Below, piece after piece: positions 20,760-33,240 of a stretch of DNA of 64,000 nt. Every line of letters begins with the position of its first letter. The first letter of the stretch is position 1. The DNA lies in NCBI GenBank assembly GCA_977030845.1, contig OZ365109.1:56234001-56298000 (forward strand), read 5' to 3'. The notes under the pieces are model-generated. The model made no database searches and was not told the DNA's origin. It was given only the letters and a program-made list of their open reading frames with translations. Source of the DNA: Fimbriosthenelais zetlandica (Eukaryota). The position numbers and the translations under genes were made by a program.

Positions 20760-23700
20760 TGGTAGTGGTCCCGTCTGTAAGTTTCAAGTGAAAGACTGGT
20801 GAAGTCTCCCACGTTCTGATCATAGCTTGATTTGCGTGGGCCCGCGTTCAATCCGTAGAGGTGGAACACTTGCACTGATCATATGTGTGTACGGCCATGG
20901 AGCGATTCGCCACAGTGATCAGTTGGTTATCAAGTGTGTAGCCTTGCCAGGGTTGACATGCCAGGGTGAATGGATCCGGTTGACTAAGACTAACTCACCA
21001 AAAAAAAAATTTATTTATATTTTAAACTTAAATTTTGTTTGGAGGGTGTAAGATGACAGATGGGAAATAGTGGTAGAAATATTTAATAACGCTACGAATA
21101 GGGTGATGGGTATTGGAAATTACTGAGGTGAGTGTGTGTGTGGTGGGGGCAGGTATGTAGGTATGGAAATATTTTTATGAAACATGCCCCAAACACAGAA
21201 AGAGATATGGTGATGGTGCAAGTGATAGTTGTAGTTAAAATGTCCCCAAAAGGGTGACAGATAATATTCTGAAATATTTTATGAAAATTGCCCCAAATAA
21301 GAGTATGCGAGAAATTAGTAAATTATTGAAAATATTTTATGAAACAAACCCCAATTAGAAAGGAGATGATGAGGTCCGGAGGGGATGAGACACAGGGTTA
21401 GGGACAGAGGGGAGAGATGGCTGGAGGAAAGGGAAATGGTGTGCTCGGGAGAATATAAGAGACAGTGGAGAACATGGGGGATGGGAGAGATGGTATAGGA
21501 GAAGGTATAAGGGAGGGTGAGGGTGGTATAGTGAATGGGACAGTGGCTAAGTAAGACAGGGTGACTGGGAGAACTCAGAGAAGGGCATGAGAGAATTCAA
21601 AGAGGAGATTATTATAGGAATGATTGGAAGCAGGAGGAAAAGGATGGGGATGGTGAGTAACCCTGTTAGAAATTTTACATAGTGATGGAAATGAAATGTG
21701 TTTAATTGTAGCACATGCTTGTACTTGCCCAAGCACTAAAACTAATGTAGTGATCAATGATGAAGTTTGCTAGCCTCCATCCAACAATATGTCACCCGTT
21801 TTCATTAAATGAGTTTAAAGTCGTAAAGGTGAGATATAAGTGGCTTGTACACAGTACTTTCAGGCCAATAGCATCGAATGGCCCTGTGCGACTTTAGACT
21901 CGCTTACAGAAAACACCTCAAAAATGCAAGAAGCAAAGGAGCTGATTTGGCTGGACGGACCTCCCCTCGCTGACCAACCGTCAAAAGCCTTGCGAATTTT
22001 ACCTGTTTTGTAACGAGAAAGGTATCAAACACCTACCGACTGTAAAGCTAGGGACCTCGGTTGAGTTCCCGGTTAAAGGCGGTCTCAAGGTTCTTGCAAG
22101 GGAGAGACCTGGGATCTGGTAGACTATAGTTCTTCCAGAACGAGAAGTTAACTTCTCATTCTGGAAGTAATAATTACTGAACTATAGAAAGGGGTAGAAT
22201 CAAAGGGAGATCTAAAGTCAAATCTTTAAAGCTGCACCAGAATCTGACGTTATCAAAGCATGCCTCATGACTTCAACCATGCTAAATAGGAATCCGGACA
22301 AAAATCATTTCCTCATTCATTTTCTCAAATTTCAATCATCTTAATTAAAGTCCTAACCCTTTAATTTAAGTATTTTCAAATCCGAAGTATAATCCAGATC
22401 AAATAAAGGCCTATTTGAATAATATGTTTTTGTGTTGGTGTAATCATGAACAGGTGCAAAATTTGACATTTTGCCGATAAGCATAAATTGTTGTAGGGAT
22501 TGGGGAATTTTGGCACCAACTGCAATCAAATTATCGCTCTGCATCGCTTGGGCAAATCGCCTCAGTGTGGGCCCGGCATAAGGGAAAAAAGCTTTAATTA
22601 GGTGTATTTGAGGGGATTGTGCAGGCAGCACGAGTAGTATCGACCACCTAGTATGAAACTAATTAAATTCCTCTACCTGAGAATTCTCAGAAATCCTCAC
22701 CTAATTCTGACTGAATCAAAGACCTTCAGTAAGATAAGGAAACCAAGTCATTTACAGTAGAATGACCAGGGAATTAGATTTGACGGATGGACTTTGTTTC
22801 GCAGGTCGCCTTTGATCTTTTTGGATGATGGTGGATGTTCACACAGGTGTGAGGATCTGATTAAGCTCACCCTCCTGCCTGTTCCCTCACACCTATACAA
22901 GATCCGAGCTGGGTTTGATCATTTTCAGACTCTGCCCTTTGGTACTGGCCCAAAAACTGATTGGTGAACTTGGCCTCGAGAAGGACTGCACCAAAGATGC
23001 ACCAGAACTGCCCTTAGAATGCCTCAGCTTCCTTCAAATTCAAAGCACAACAATCCAGCTTTAACATAGCTGAAATTAAATTGGTTTTTGTGGCCAAAAG
23101 ATCATTTTATTAATTGTAACTTTGGCTGGATCAACCAGCCCTGACTTTGAAAAGACACTTGACATTATTGCTTCCAAAAAATCAATCTTGTCTCAAACTG
23201 AGCTTTCAAATCAATCTTTTTATCAAAAGGTTTGAAATTCAAAGAACAATGGCAAAAATCTTGACCATTGGTTGATGATTGTCTTTTGGAAGACAGCTGC
23301 TGAAAATACGTCATTTCTTATTTAATGTTGGATATATTTGGATGTCTGTGGTTGGCTTAATGGGATTTCCAGCAGAGCCTGACATTTCAGCCATTGATCC
23401 GAGCAGTCTCAGGGAATTTCAATGGCCATTAATCGAAGGAATGCTCCACCTTGAATGACCTGATAAAGGCGTGAAGTTTCACACACCCACATTTGGATCA
23501 GCCTATTACACAAGATCAATGGTTAACATTTCCCAAATGAAAGCAAGTAAGTTAACCGTGACCATTTACATTATACTCTACAGCCCCTGTTTGCCTTTGA
23601 TGATTCAATATATTAAATTCAATGGGAGGCATACCAAACAGATGGTATTTGTATTTGAATCCAATCCTTCAGATCGGAAACCTAAAAACATCATTAGTAC

Positions 23701-24282
23701 GCCCGCTCAATAGTTGTGATCTGTCTAACTCTTTTAATGATAAAAACCAAGAAGGCATTTATCAACTGCGTGACAAAAGAGGTCCGTTGCATAAAAAGAT
23801 GCCCTCCACGTTGCTTAATTAACTTGGGCTGGGTATAATGACAAAACATAGGCTGGGGGTCTGACCTGGGATTGCCGAGTATGTTCATCATTTTCTCATT
23901 TGGGGTCAGCTATGTGACACGAACGGAAACAATTCATTATTCCCCATGTCCTCGAACAAACTGGAGGCACCTGTGTGTGTTACGTGGTATTTATGGGCTT
24001 ATTAAATGCTTTAAAAAGTGTATTAAATCATATCCGGTAGGGGCATTGAGGGCTTTCTGGAGCGAAGGAGTTTTGTACACATGCGTGTGAATTTTGGGGG
24101 AGGATCCTTGTTAACATTATTCAATGTTTTTATGATGGTAGTTTTTACAAAAGGTAAAGTATTTGAAGGGAAGAATGGATTTGTTCACCTTCAGTGATAA
24201 AAGGAATCGGTAAGAAAGGTAATTTGGTTAAAGCATTGGTGTAAAATAAGCCCCAGGTGCAAAGTATTTGGGACATGAGTGG

Positions 24283-24387
24283 CAGATCGGGTCTAGTCTC
24301 CTGCAGATTGGGTCCAGTCGCCAGCAGATTGGACCCAGTCTCCAACAGATTGGGCTCAGTCTCCAGCAGACTAGGCCCAGTTTGGTT
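24283..24387 (+). repeat. 21-bp minisatellite, 5 units
   Basis: cagatcgggtctagtctcctg / cagattgggtccagtcgccag / cagattggacccagtctccaa / cagattgggctcagtctccag / cagactaggcccagtttggtt. This explains the LETGPNL heptads in ORF 24145-24390. Confidence 0.85.
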
Positions 24388-26120
24388 CAAGTCAGACTGC
24401 AGATGGGGTCATGTCCCTTTAAGATTTGTTACTATCCCTTTGAGTTGAAACAAATATAAATTAATTATCTATATTACAAGCTAGAACCGGACTGAAGTCC
24501 GGCTCTAGCTTGCAATTATAGGGCCTAGTTTTGTAAAAACGAATATTTTTCCTATTAAGTGGTGACAGAGAAAGATGAGATTGGAATATAAAGACAAGCT
24601 TAATAAAAATGGGCCTGTGGTTTTCAATGATTGTGAGGCTTAAGAAGGTAGATCCAGGCCTAGCATTAACAATAAGCCTACCAAAGGCCTAACCCCGTTT
24701 TTTCCAGGGCCAGGGCTTTTGATTTTAAAAATGATGGCCTAAGCACATTTCCAGGTTTCCAAGACAGGTAGACTAGGGCCATGAATCCTGAATTACCAAG
24801 GCTAGGCAAAATATAGTGATCATAATTTCTTGTCCTAGCATAGGCCTATAATTATAGCCTACAGTGGATCTAATTTGAACGTCAATAAACAACACACACC
24901 CACCCAACCCCCCAACTTCTACACACATTTATTCTGTTGATATAGTACATACAAAAAATTGCCCCCCCCCCCCCGACCATCTATACAAATGAACCGCCCC
25001 CCTCCAAGAAAAGGTCAAAACAAATCCCCCCAACCCCTCTGAACCACCAATCCAACCCCGGCCATAAATAATGACTCGTCCATTAAACACTCCTCCCATT
25101 GCGCACCCGGAAACTTATAGGTCGTAATCTTGTTGTTGACAAGCAAACGATGACACAATGTTTTTCATTCAATTTCTTCATAAATAAGATAAAGTAATAA
25201 ATATGAAGAAGCTGAAAGTGTCTACTATCTACTGGTTAAGGTAAATCTGCGTCGAGCATGCAGATAATGTCACAAATTAGGGTCGAGATAATTCAAAATA
25301 CGCCCCCACAGACACAGTGTTTTGACTCGATCATGATGTAAACAATGTCGCGATGTCGATGAATTCAGGAACATATATATCTGAACAAATACCTAGAACT
25401 ATATTTCCTTTCTTACTGACAGTCTTCGAAATATGTTATTTTGTCCAAGTGAGATACTTGATTAAGATGACACAGTGTATTTGTAGCTTTCTATGGGCAA
25501 AGTTTGAGTGGACATTTTGGTGGAAATTTTTTGTTGACATTGAGTAAACCGGAAGTGAACCATAAACTGTAAAACACTAAGCGTTGCAACCCCTTTCGGG
25601 GGGTTTAAATGATGAAAAAACTTACAAAAACACAAAATGGCCCCCTGTAATCGTCCATATCGTGTTCTACAAAGTTGATTTCACTACTGCTAGGATCTCT
25701 AAGAGGTGGATAGAGTTTTTCGAGTTTTTATTAAAGAAAATATTATTATTATATAAGACTTCAGTTAATCAGTTAATAACAGATATGCAGTAAGTACAAA
25801 ATAACTAATAAAATACATTGCAATACATTGCAAGAATTTTTGAAACATTTAACAGAATAATTCAACTAGAATGGGTAAAATAGGAGATAACATTTAAGTC
25901 AATATCCTTCCTTCAGTTAAGGTAAGTTCACCGTAGGATGGACATGTCAAGTCGAGCAAAACAGAAAATCAGGAGGAGTATCTGTATGCTGCAGCTGCTT
26001 GTAAAGGAAAGTTAGGGGCAAGAAAAGGATTGCATGTCGTACAGCAGTTGTCATGAAACCTGCTACACGCCTGCCAGCCCATGATAGCCTACAGCTCCTG
26101 GTGAGGGGGTAGAGGAGGGA

Positions 26121-26159
26121 TCTAAAGCTCCTACTGAGTCTAAAGCTCCAACTGAGTCT
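26121..26159 (+). repeat. 18-bp tandem duplication
   Basis: tctaaagctcctactgag / tctaaagctccaactgag. Confidence 0.85.
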
Positions 26160-29100
26160 CTTATAGCAGGGTCAGGCGACTTAGAACTAGGCTTGGTTAT
26201 CTTAACTAATAACTGTCAAGGGAGGCCTCACAGCTCACTCTTCTACTACTTGTTCTTCTCTGTCAACCCTTGGGAATTTCTCTTGAAATGGAAAGGAAGT
26301 GGGATTGATATTATGAGGGAGATATGGCTGACAGGGGGTTGTGGATTTTAGTATAGTGCTTTATTGGATGGGAGGGGAGGGAGATGCATCATGCTCACAG
26401 GTGGTTGGATTTTTTTCCCGCTCATCAGCTTTTTATCTTTTTTATTGAGCGGGTGGGGTAGTATGTTTTTCCAGATAAAGGTAATTAGAATTTGATAAGG
26501 ATGAACTATGGCGTTTCTGTCAAACGTTGTTGGCTTAAAGGAGATGCTGAATAGCCAGTTTAATTATTGTTTGGGGGAGATAAATATGTACATTATCTAA
26601 ATCTGAAATATTTAAGTATAATTATGAAAAATTTAAAAAAGTAAAATGAGATACATGAAAGATTAAATCATTTATGGACGGATGTGCATGTAACAAAATG
26701 CAATAAATGAAGCATGCGTTGTCTCCTTAAATCAAACTTCGTATATATGCCAAAGGGATCATCCCTCCTCATTCCATCCTTGTCAGTCCCACAATTCACG
26801 AGTATATCCTGTACAAGTAATCATTTACCTAGCAATCAATTACTCCAATTGTACCTCAATTTGCTATCCACGTAACATAGCAATCCCTTAGCACATCCAA
26901 TCTTACAACATATAAAGGCCTTTACAATGTCCAAATTAAGCTTTTGATAGGTCTTACATCATTTAATCCCACAAGTGGTTGAGGGTTGTGGAAAGAATAG
27001 GGACCCATAGTAACTGTACCCGCTTGCAATTTCGTCGAGTACCCTTGGATCTATTGTGGTAAAGGCTTTCACCGTTTCAAATACCTTAGGGGTAAGGGTA
27101 TTGTGAGAGCATAGGGAGATGTATTCATGTATACATGCATTTCCCTACTATACATTTTGGAAGGTAGTATGGAGGGGGTATTATATGGTGAGCAACTGAT
27201 TTGGGAGGAGTACAGGTGGTCATCAAGCAGTGATTACGTAATGCTACATGACAAGTACTCTAGACTCAGCCTAGTCAAGATGTACCCAGATGTTCAGCTC
27301 CAATTTGGGTGAAAGACAACTGCAATCTGGTCCACTACCGTATACTTCAGTCTGAGCATACTGGCATTTATAAATTATTCTTAAATTTAATTCTACTCAA
27401 TGTATGCTTATCGGAGTCTCCAACGTAAAAGAAAAGAATAAGTGTGAAAGTCGCAATTATTTATTATCACAAATTGATTGACTCTTATTTTGAGCCTGGT
27501 GTTTGTTCAGGTTTAAACGGTAAGAGGCAATCTTGGCATAAAGTCAACAAGCCCTTCCTGCCTCTCCTAAGCCCCTTCATATATCCACCCGGCAAAAAAA
27601 AACTACTCTACCTGTCAGAAAAAAACACAATGTAAAACCCGGTAAGAGGTCTCTATGATTAGTGCAATGATTAAAAAAAACTTATAATACTCTCAAGTGG
27701 CACTGTATATTGAGAGAATTAATAGATATTGAGGCAATTCATTTTAAACTCAATTTACTTGGCTTCCTTTCTGTAATGTGAACTAAATGAATGTATACTA
27801 CATGTTGACATGAAGCACATTGGGACACCTGATTGGGGACTTATTTAATGAAAAAATAATAAAAGTCCGCGGATTTAAGATAGCAAAGATTTAGGACACA
27901 TTTCAAGATATATTACCCAGAACCATTTACATTTTCTCACTTTCTCCCTCGTTGTGATGTTTGGTATTTTGTGTGATATTTCATATGGTTACTTTACACA
28001 TGGACCAGTTGTTTATCGAGCAGGAGGAAAGGAATGGGGGTGGGGGTCACATTCAATATTTCAAGTTATGACGGACGAGCCAATGGTAATAAAATCAGAT
28101 ATCATATGACTAAAATTCTTAACTTCCAAAGGTTATTCTTTGACCGCTGATTAGCCAATGTTTTCTAATTCTGCTAAAACAAAATATATTCATGTAGTTA
28201 TGTACAATGAATGAACACTGAATACGAGGTCCTTTCTCAGTAACTAAAAAGATCAGTTAATCGGTTAAAACAGAGAATAAGAGAGACATCCCATCCCATG
28301 GTAAAGGCAGACCTATACATGTAGGTCTATGTTATATGTAGTAGGGTAATGCTTGATTTAAACTCATGGCATGCCGACCATGCAAAACGAGATGAAAGAT
28401 GACAAATGGGGCTATTTCTCTTCCTTGGACCGGACTGTGGGGGCACTCTCAGAGATACTTCTAAACTATATAATATTATATTATTACATACTCAAGATCA
28501 ATTTTCAATTCTTCCCCCTATCTTTTTTGTTGCAATTTTCCTCAAGACATTTGAATTCAAACTGTTCTAACGAATTTTTAACAGAACTAGTGGCTACACT
28601 TTAGGCCTGAAAATTAATCACAAAAGTATGGAGTGCCCCCTGACTACCTTCCCACGAGACAAGATGTTGGCGGATGCAGGCTGACATGTCAGGGCGCTCG
28701 ATCATCACCCTAGATGAAGGCAGTTTTCACTCGACATAAAGTGACCAATTATTTGTAATGACCGTAGAATGTAATTTTTCTCATTTTCCTGTCCAACCCA
28801 ATAACCTTCAGAGAGCCTATACACGCACTTATGTATTTCTTCAAAATCTTAACTGCGCATATACTTCAATACACTAGTGACTTAAGCTGTACTAGGGCTT
28901 CAGGAGATTACTAGACACAAGAAAACTGATTGATTAACTTTTCATCCAAGAAAACATGGTAGGCTAATATACAAATCTCTTAGTTAATTAATAGTTAAAT
29001 ATAATTTGGATTTTTCCCTTAAATTTATGTTCTTTTTATCGAAAAGTGAAGCAAATTAAACCAACTTACTGAGGTACATAATTATAAGCTCATAAGGCGC

Positions 29101-30829
29101 TGCATCTATACCCAAGAACCATTGCATAAGAAAACCACTGATATCCTTCAGAGAAGGTGAGTTATCCCTAAGGCTATATATGTATTATTATGAAGACGCA
29201 TGGCAAGGGTACACAAACATATATTTAAGCAGACATAACATAATGCAGTGCATGTATTATAGAGCTAGAGATCGAGTGGGTTTTCTCAGGAACTACCCAC
29301 TGGCATTGCGAGTTACAGCTCTCAGCAGTGTTCGGTCAATTTCACATGACATGGACGCTCGATCATGCGATCGTTGGTACATATGCCTACAGCCAGGCTA
29401 CTAATTAACTGGAGCTGGTTGCGGGGCAGGAGAAAATGTTCCATCATATTTAGGATAAGGGTAAGTTGTGTCTTCCTTCAGTGAAAGCCTGTGTAATGGT
29501 TGATATGGGCAAAACAAATCTGTGGTTCATAATCAAGAAAATAACTTTATACCTAGAGTTTCAAATCCCTTCGCTTAAGGCAATAACGAAGCCAGACCAC
29601 CAATCAGAAATTTCTCTCTCTGAAACTGTCCGAAAGCCCACATCCAAACCAGAGCCAGAGTTGGATTGTTTGTAATTGCTACGATCAGTTGATAAAGCTG
29701 TCTGGACCAAGATTTTATCCTGGCCAAAGATTTAACTCTGATACAGTTAAATATCGTTAGAATACAAAAACTGAAATGTTGCTGATAACAGCAATCCAGA
29801 GTCTGATCTATTGGGCCTAGGGGAACTTGTTTTAGGAGGCGGAGTGATTTCCGAATTTGGAAGCCAATAAGAGATGGGTCCCAGTGGATGGGTAACTGTG
29901 GGCTGGAAATAGGTGTCTACAAATAGTAGGTGGAGATTCGTCACTCTGAGGCCATCACAGAATCTTTCTTTGTTCCCAAACGTGACGATAATCACGATCA
30001 TATAATGTTGATTTATATCGGGAAAAACTCACTGGTTTCTGGAGGTAAAATTATTCAACACCCATTACACATTAGGTAAAGTGGCAAAATGTAAAAAAAA
30101 CCCAGAAACTATAACTATATACCACTACCTACAGAATAATGATGTAGGCTAACTAAAGTCAGACACGCTTCGATCCAGGGTGAAATGGGGCGAGCTAGAC
30201 CCCAGATCTAAAGTTGATATAAAGAAAATAATAGTTAAACTAAACAAGCTTATGGCTCATACAAAGGTAAAGTTTGTGAGGCTGCAGGTTTAAAATTAAT
30301 TGCATTTTATCACAGCAATCGTATGTTTGACGCCAGTTTATCTGCAAGAAACAAAACGCATACAAAGTCCCATACAAAGCTGTCTGTCCCTGCTCAAAGC
30401 CAGGACTTTATCTTGACATCTGAAGCCCATAGGGACGGGTAAGACACTGACTGTAAACCAAACCGTAACACTTTCAGATTAACTCCTTATAACTATAGAA
30501 ATTCTTCGGCTTATTTTTGCCTGATATTCTGTCATAAATCAGCGGTGGTATTTGTTTTCTGCCGATCGGATTACAAGCAATTGTGAGCTTATGGGCGTAT
30601 GTGTGATGTTTGCCTTTAGATATGTCACGTATTGTTTCTTTGTGTTCATCCTAGTGTAACACGAAGCTTACAAACGTGTTACATGGCTCTAACGTTACCC
30701 CAGACTGCCACATAGACAACCCACCGCATCAATAGCTCAACTTCTTAAATTTCTACCTAATTTCATTTCCACTGCTCTACCTGTCAAAAGAATGATATCA
30801 TCTGGGGACGTGGAGGTGAGAGGGAAACG

Positions 30830-31770
30830 TGAATGGGGAAAACCTACTGAGAATTCTTACAACTTTCCATTGTGTTGTGAAAGGGTGTTAAAAGGAAATC
30901 TCCCAAACCCAAGGCGTGATCTCATTTCCTATTTTGTGGAGAAAGTTGTGAATAATAATCTAATTGATGCTCGTGGACCGTTCGTCAGGAAATGATTATA
31001 TTCCAATAAAAGTACCACATCCCCCTGGGGGTATTTAACACCCTTTTGGCTGAGTGAGAAGGGGGCTTTTAAACTCCTCACACCTTTGGTAGTGGCTAAG
31101 ATTTCTGGAAGGTTTTTGACTAATTTCCTCAGGTGTTTCCGTCGAGGGAACCACGTTTGATGGAGAAAAGATCAGATTAAAGAGCAGGGTCTCAGGCGTT
31201 TGTATGTTCACACCTCCAGTGATTCTTCACTGGTGCAGTGTCTAAATTTCAATCACCGATTTTCTTTGTCAATTATCCAGGTGTTTGGCCAATTAAAATG
31301 ATCCTTTCGAGATGGAAATTATTCATAAATTGCTTTGATTATCAGATTTTCACGACAAGAATTTCCGTGCACGGGTTAAGGTGGAGGTCTTTAAAAATGT
31401 TGCTATTTCGAGTTTTTTTTCGAGTTGTAGATTTTCCTGATTGCGTACCTGTCTAATATCAAGCCCCCTTTATGTGAAAATGATATGTATTTCTCTATTC
31501 TATACCTAACAGATGCTAGGCGATCGATACCCTGCACCTATGAACCGGTATACCACTTGTAAAGATAGGAAAAGAAGATGAGTACAAAGGTATAGGCAGA
31601 GGAGTTGAGAGAGGGACCGCTCCGAGGTAGGCAGGCGATTGTCTAGACCACTTACCTGGGCATAAAGATAAATGAAATTCGGCATATGACCCGAGGTAAC
31701 AGGTGCGGGAGGGCTGAAACGTGAACCGAGGGTGGTGGATGATGAACAGACTGCTTTAGGCAATGGTGGG
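30830..31770 (-). mobile_element. Decayed L2-like RT/3' fragment
   Basis: FSPPAPVTSGH (cf. FSAAFDTVDH), YL-ERSLS, SSSFPIFTSGIP (cf. SS..P.T.GVP) and, further on, EITPW. Very degenerate. Confidence 0.28.
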
Positions 31771-33167
31771 TGTGAAAGGTGTGAAGACAGAGGGGCCGGG
31801 TCAAGAAAAAAAGGTGGACAGATCGTCTGTGTACCTGGTCATAATGAGTGGTAGGGTCAGGTAGGGTGGCTTTGATGGGGTCGGGCTATAATAGAATATC
31901 AAGGAAGCAAATGAGAGGGCAGGCCGGGGGTGTTTGGTTTGTTGAAATAAAACCTCTGGTGACTATGCTGGAGGTCTGACTATATTTGGTTAAGGGAGGC
32001 GGTGGTATTGTCAAGGTGGTTTTTAATGCAGGTGTCGGGCTTGTGCGTTTGCTGTGTGATTATCAAGGGTTTTTACTGTGATTTATGTTCTTACTGGAAT
32101 TATTTAGCATTTTCGGTATATATATGGTCTATAGGTATTTGAAATAAAACAGAATGTTATTTAAAGAAGAATGTTCTGACCTTCTTAAATACAATCATGA
32201 CTGCTTCCAACCTGCACTATGGAAATTGGTCATTAATCTTGGAAATGATTATCTGAATCCGAATAAAACTCAATTGAATGACTGTTCATGTAATTGTATG
32301 ACATGTTAAAGGGGGAGTTATATAATGCAGTCCTTGTAACAGTAACAATGTGGAACAGCCGGTGTTGCACAACATGTGCCATGCGCCTCCTTTACTCCAC
32401 TCCTGAGACAAGAACCATGGATAAATGAATGTCCCCGGTCTGCATGCCACATAAATGTGATAAACGACCCCTTTGTGTTTTAAATCACATGTAAATGGCT
32501 CAAGAGCCTCGCTGATAAACTATTTGTTTCAACTACGAATCACCACCCAATTCACCGAGGTCCCATACACTGATATGGATGCATCGGATCCTCAGGGACG
32601 ACTAGGGTACAAGGAATAGGAAGCAAAACTCATAAATCATACATAGCATCTGCTTGTAGCCTCCCCAGCCCAGAGACAATGGATGCCTCGCTCCCATCAT
32701 TCCCCATTCTCTTTCACAATAAGAATTTATCCCCCAAGCATCTTAGATTTCCATAACTTGGTTAGTGTAATACCTCGGTAGAATTTCCATAATTCAGTTG
32801 GTGCTCTACAGATGAGGAAAGCTCTAGCATTTACGCTGGATTTCCCAGACGATAAGAGCGTTGTAATTGTATTGGGTGGGGCCATTTTGAAATGTTAATC
32901 GCTCGTTATGGATGGAATTGCTGGGGTTCCTCTCTATACATGTGGCTATATCGTTTACAAATGACCGCTATTGATCATATCAGAAGAGGATATAATTATT
33001 TATAATGTATGGCATATTATGGGGCTTAGATGTAAGCTTAGAGCCAGACTAGCCTTCGTCCCAAAAACCTGATTTGGGCTGACGCTGGGAGGGTCGATAT
33101 TATAGTTCAAGTTCATGAGATATACTAGATTTGGAATTTTGTTAAAGGACAAAATGGCAAAAGGAAT

Positions 33168-33240
33168 AGCCCCCAGTGAGGATTGAACTCACGACCCCTG
33201 GTTTACAAGACCAGTGCTCTAGCCACTGAGCTATGGAGGC
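33168..33240 (-). tRNA. tRNA-Thr (anticodon UGU), intact
   Basis: The reverse complement is GCCTCCA TA GCTC AGTGGCTA GAGC A CTGGT CTTGTAA ACCAG GGGTC GTGAG TTCAATC CTCAC TGGGGGC T (73 nt). It forms a full cloverleaf with A and B boxes. A TTTT Pol III terminator lies at 33162-33159 and a TATA-like TTATATA at 33274-33268 (about -30). Confidence 0.96.

Larger units (their letters stand above)
19958..22174 (-). mobile_element. ~2.2-kb non-autonomous Helentron/HINE-like element, copy 2 (inverted relative to copy 1)
   Basis: Begins caaacaaggccgatgatgtggcccatcaaacacttccagaat and ends cttccagaacgagaagttaacttctcattctggaagtaataat. ORF-track peptides here (20563-20823, 20827-21051, 20047-20256) duplicate those at 5791-6027, 5557-5787 and 6311-6529. 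Similarity stops abruptly at both ends and there is no TSD. Confidence 0.75.

Noticed and set aside
4424-22174. One 17.75-kb Polinton/Maverick-like or composite transposon with 2.2-kb TIRs
   Set aside because: There is no TSD at the outer ends and no integrase, polymerase or capsid ORF inside. The interior holds a host exon, and each repeat has its own complete pair of termini.
22440-22470. Short dispersed repeat also seen near 38574-38600 and weakly near 60035-60075
   Set aside because: Only about 28 bp of imperfect match, too short to assign to an element or function.
22780-23460. Possible retroelement ORF1/gag remnant on the minus strand
   Set aside because: The protein-like fragments are broken by stops and have no diagnostic motif.
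24283-24387. CRISPR-like array
   Set aside because: The units are contiguous degenerate 21-mers without unique spacers, there are no cas genes, and the context is eukaryotic.
25203-25240. Plus-strand first coding exon MKKLKVSTIYWLR with GT donor
   Set aside because: No compatible downstream exon or recognisable protein was found. It is kept only as part of a low-confidence promoter note.
26750-27350. Possible degenerate coding region on the minus strand
   Set aside because: No family could be assigned and there are multiple stops.
30655-30683. 9-bp stem hairpin TGTAACACG...CGTGTTACA
   Set aside because: Within chance expectation for 64 kb and without supporting context.
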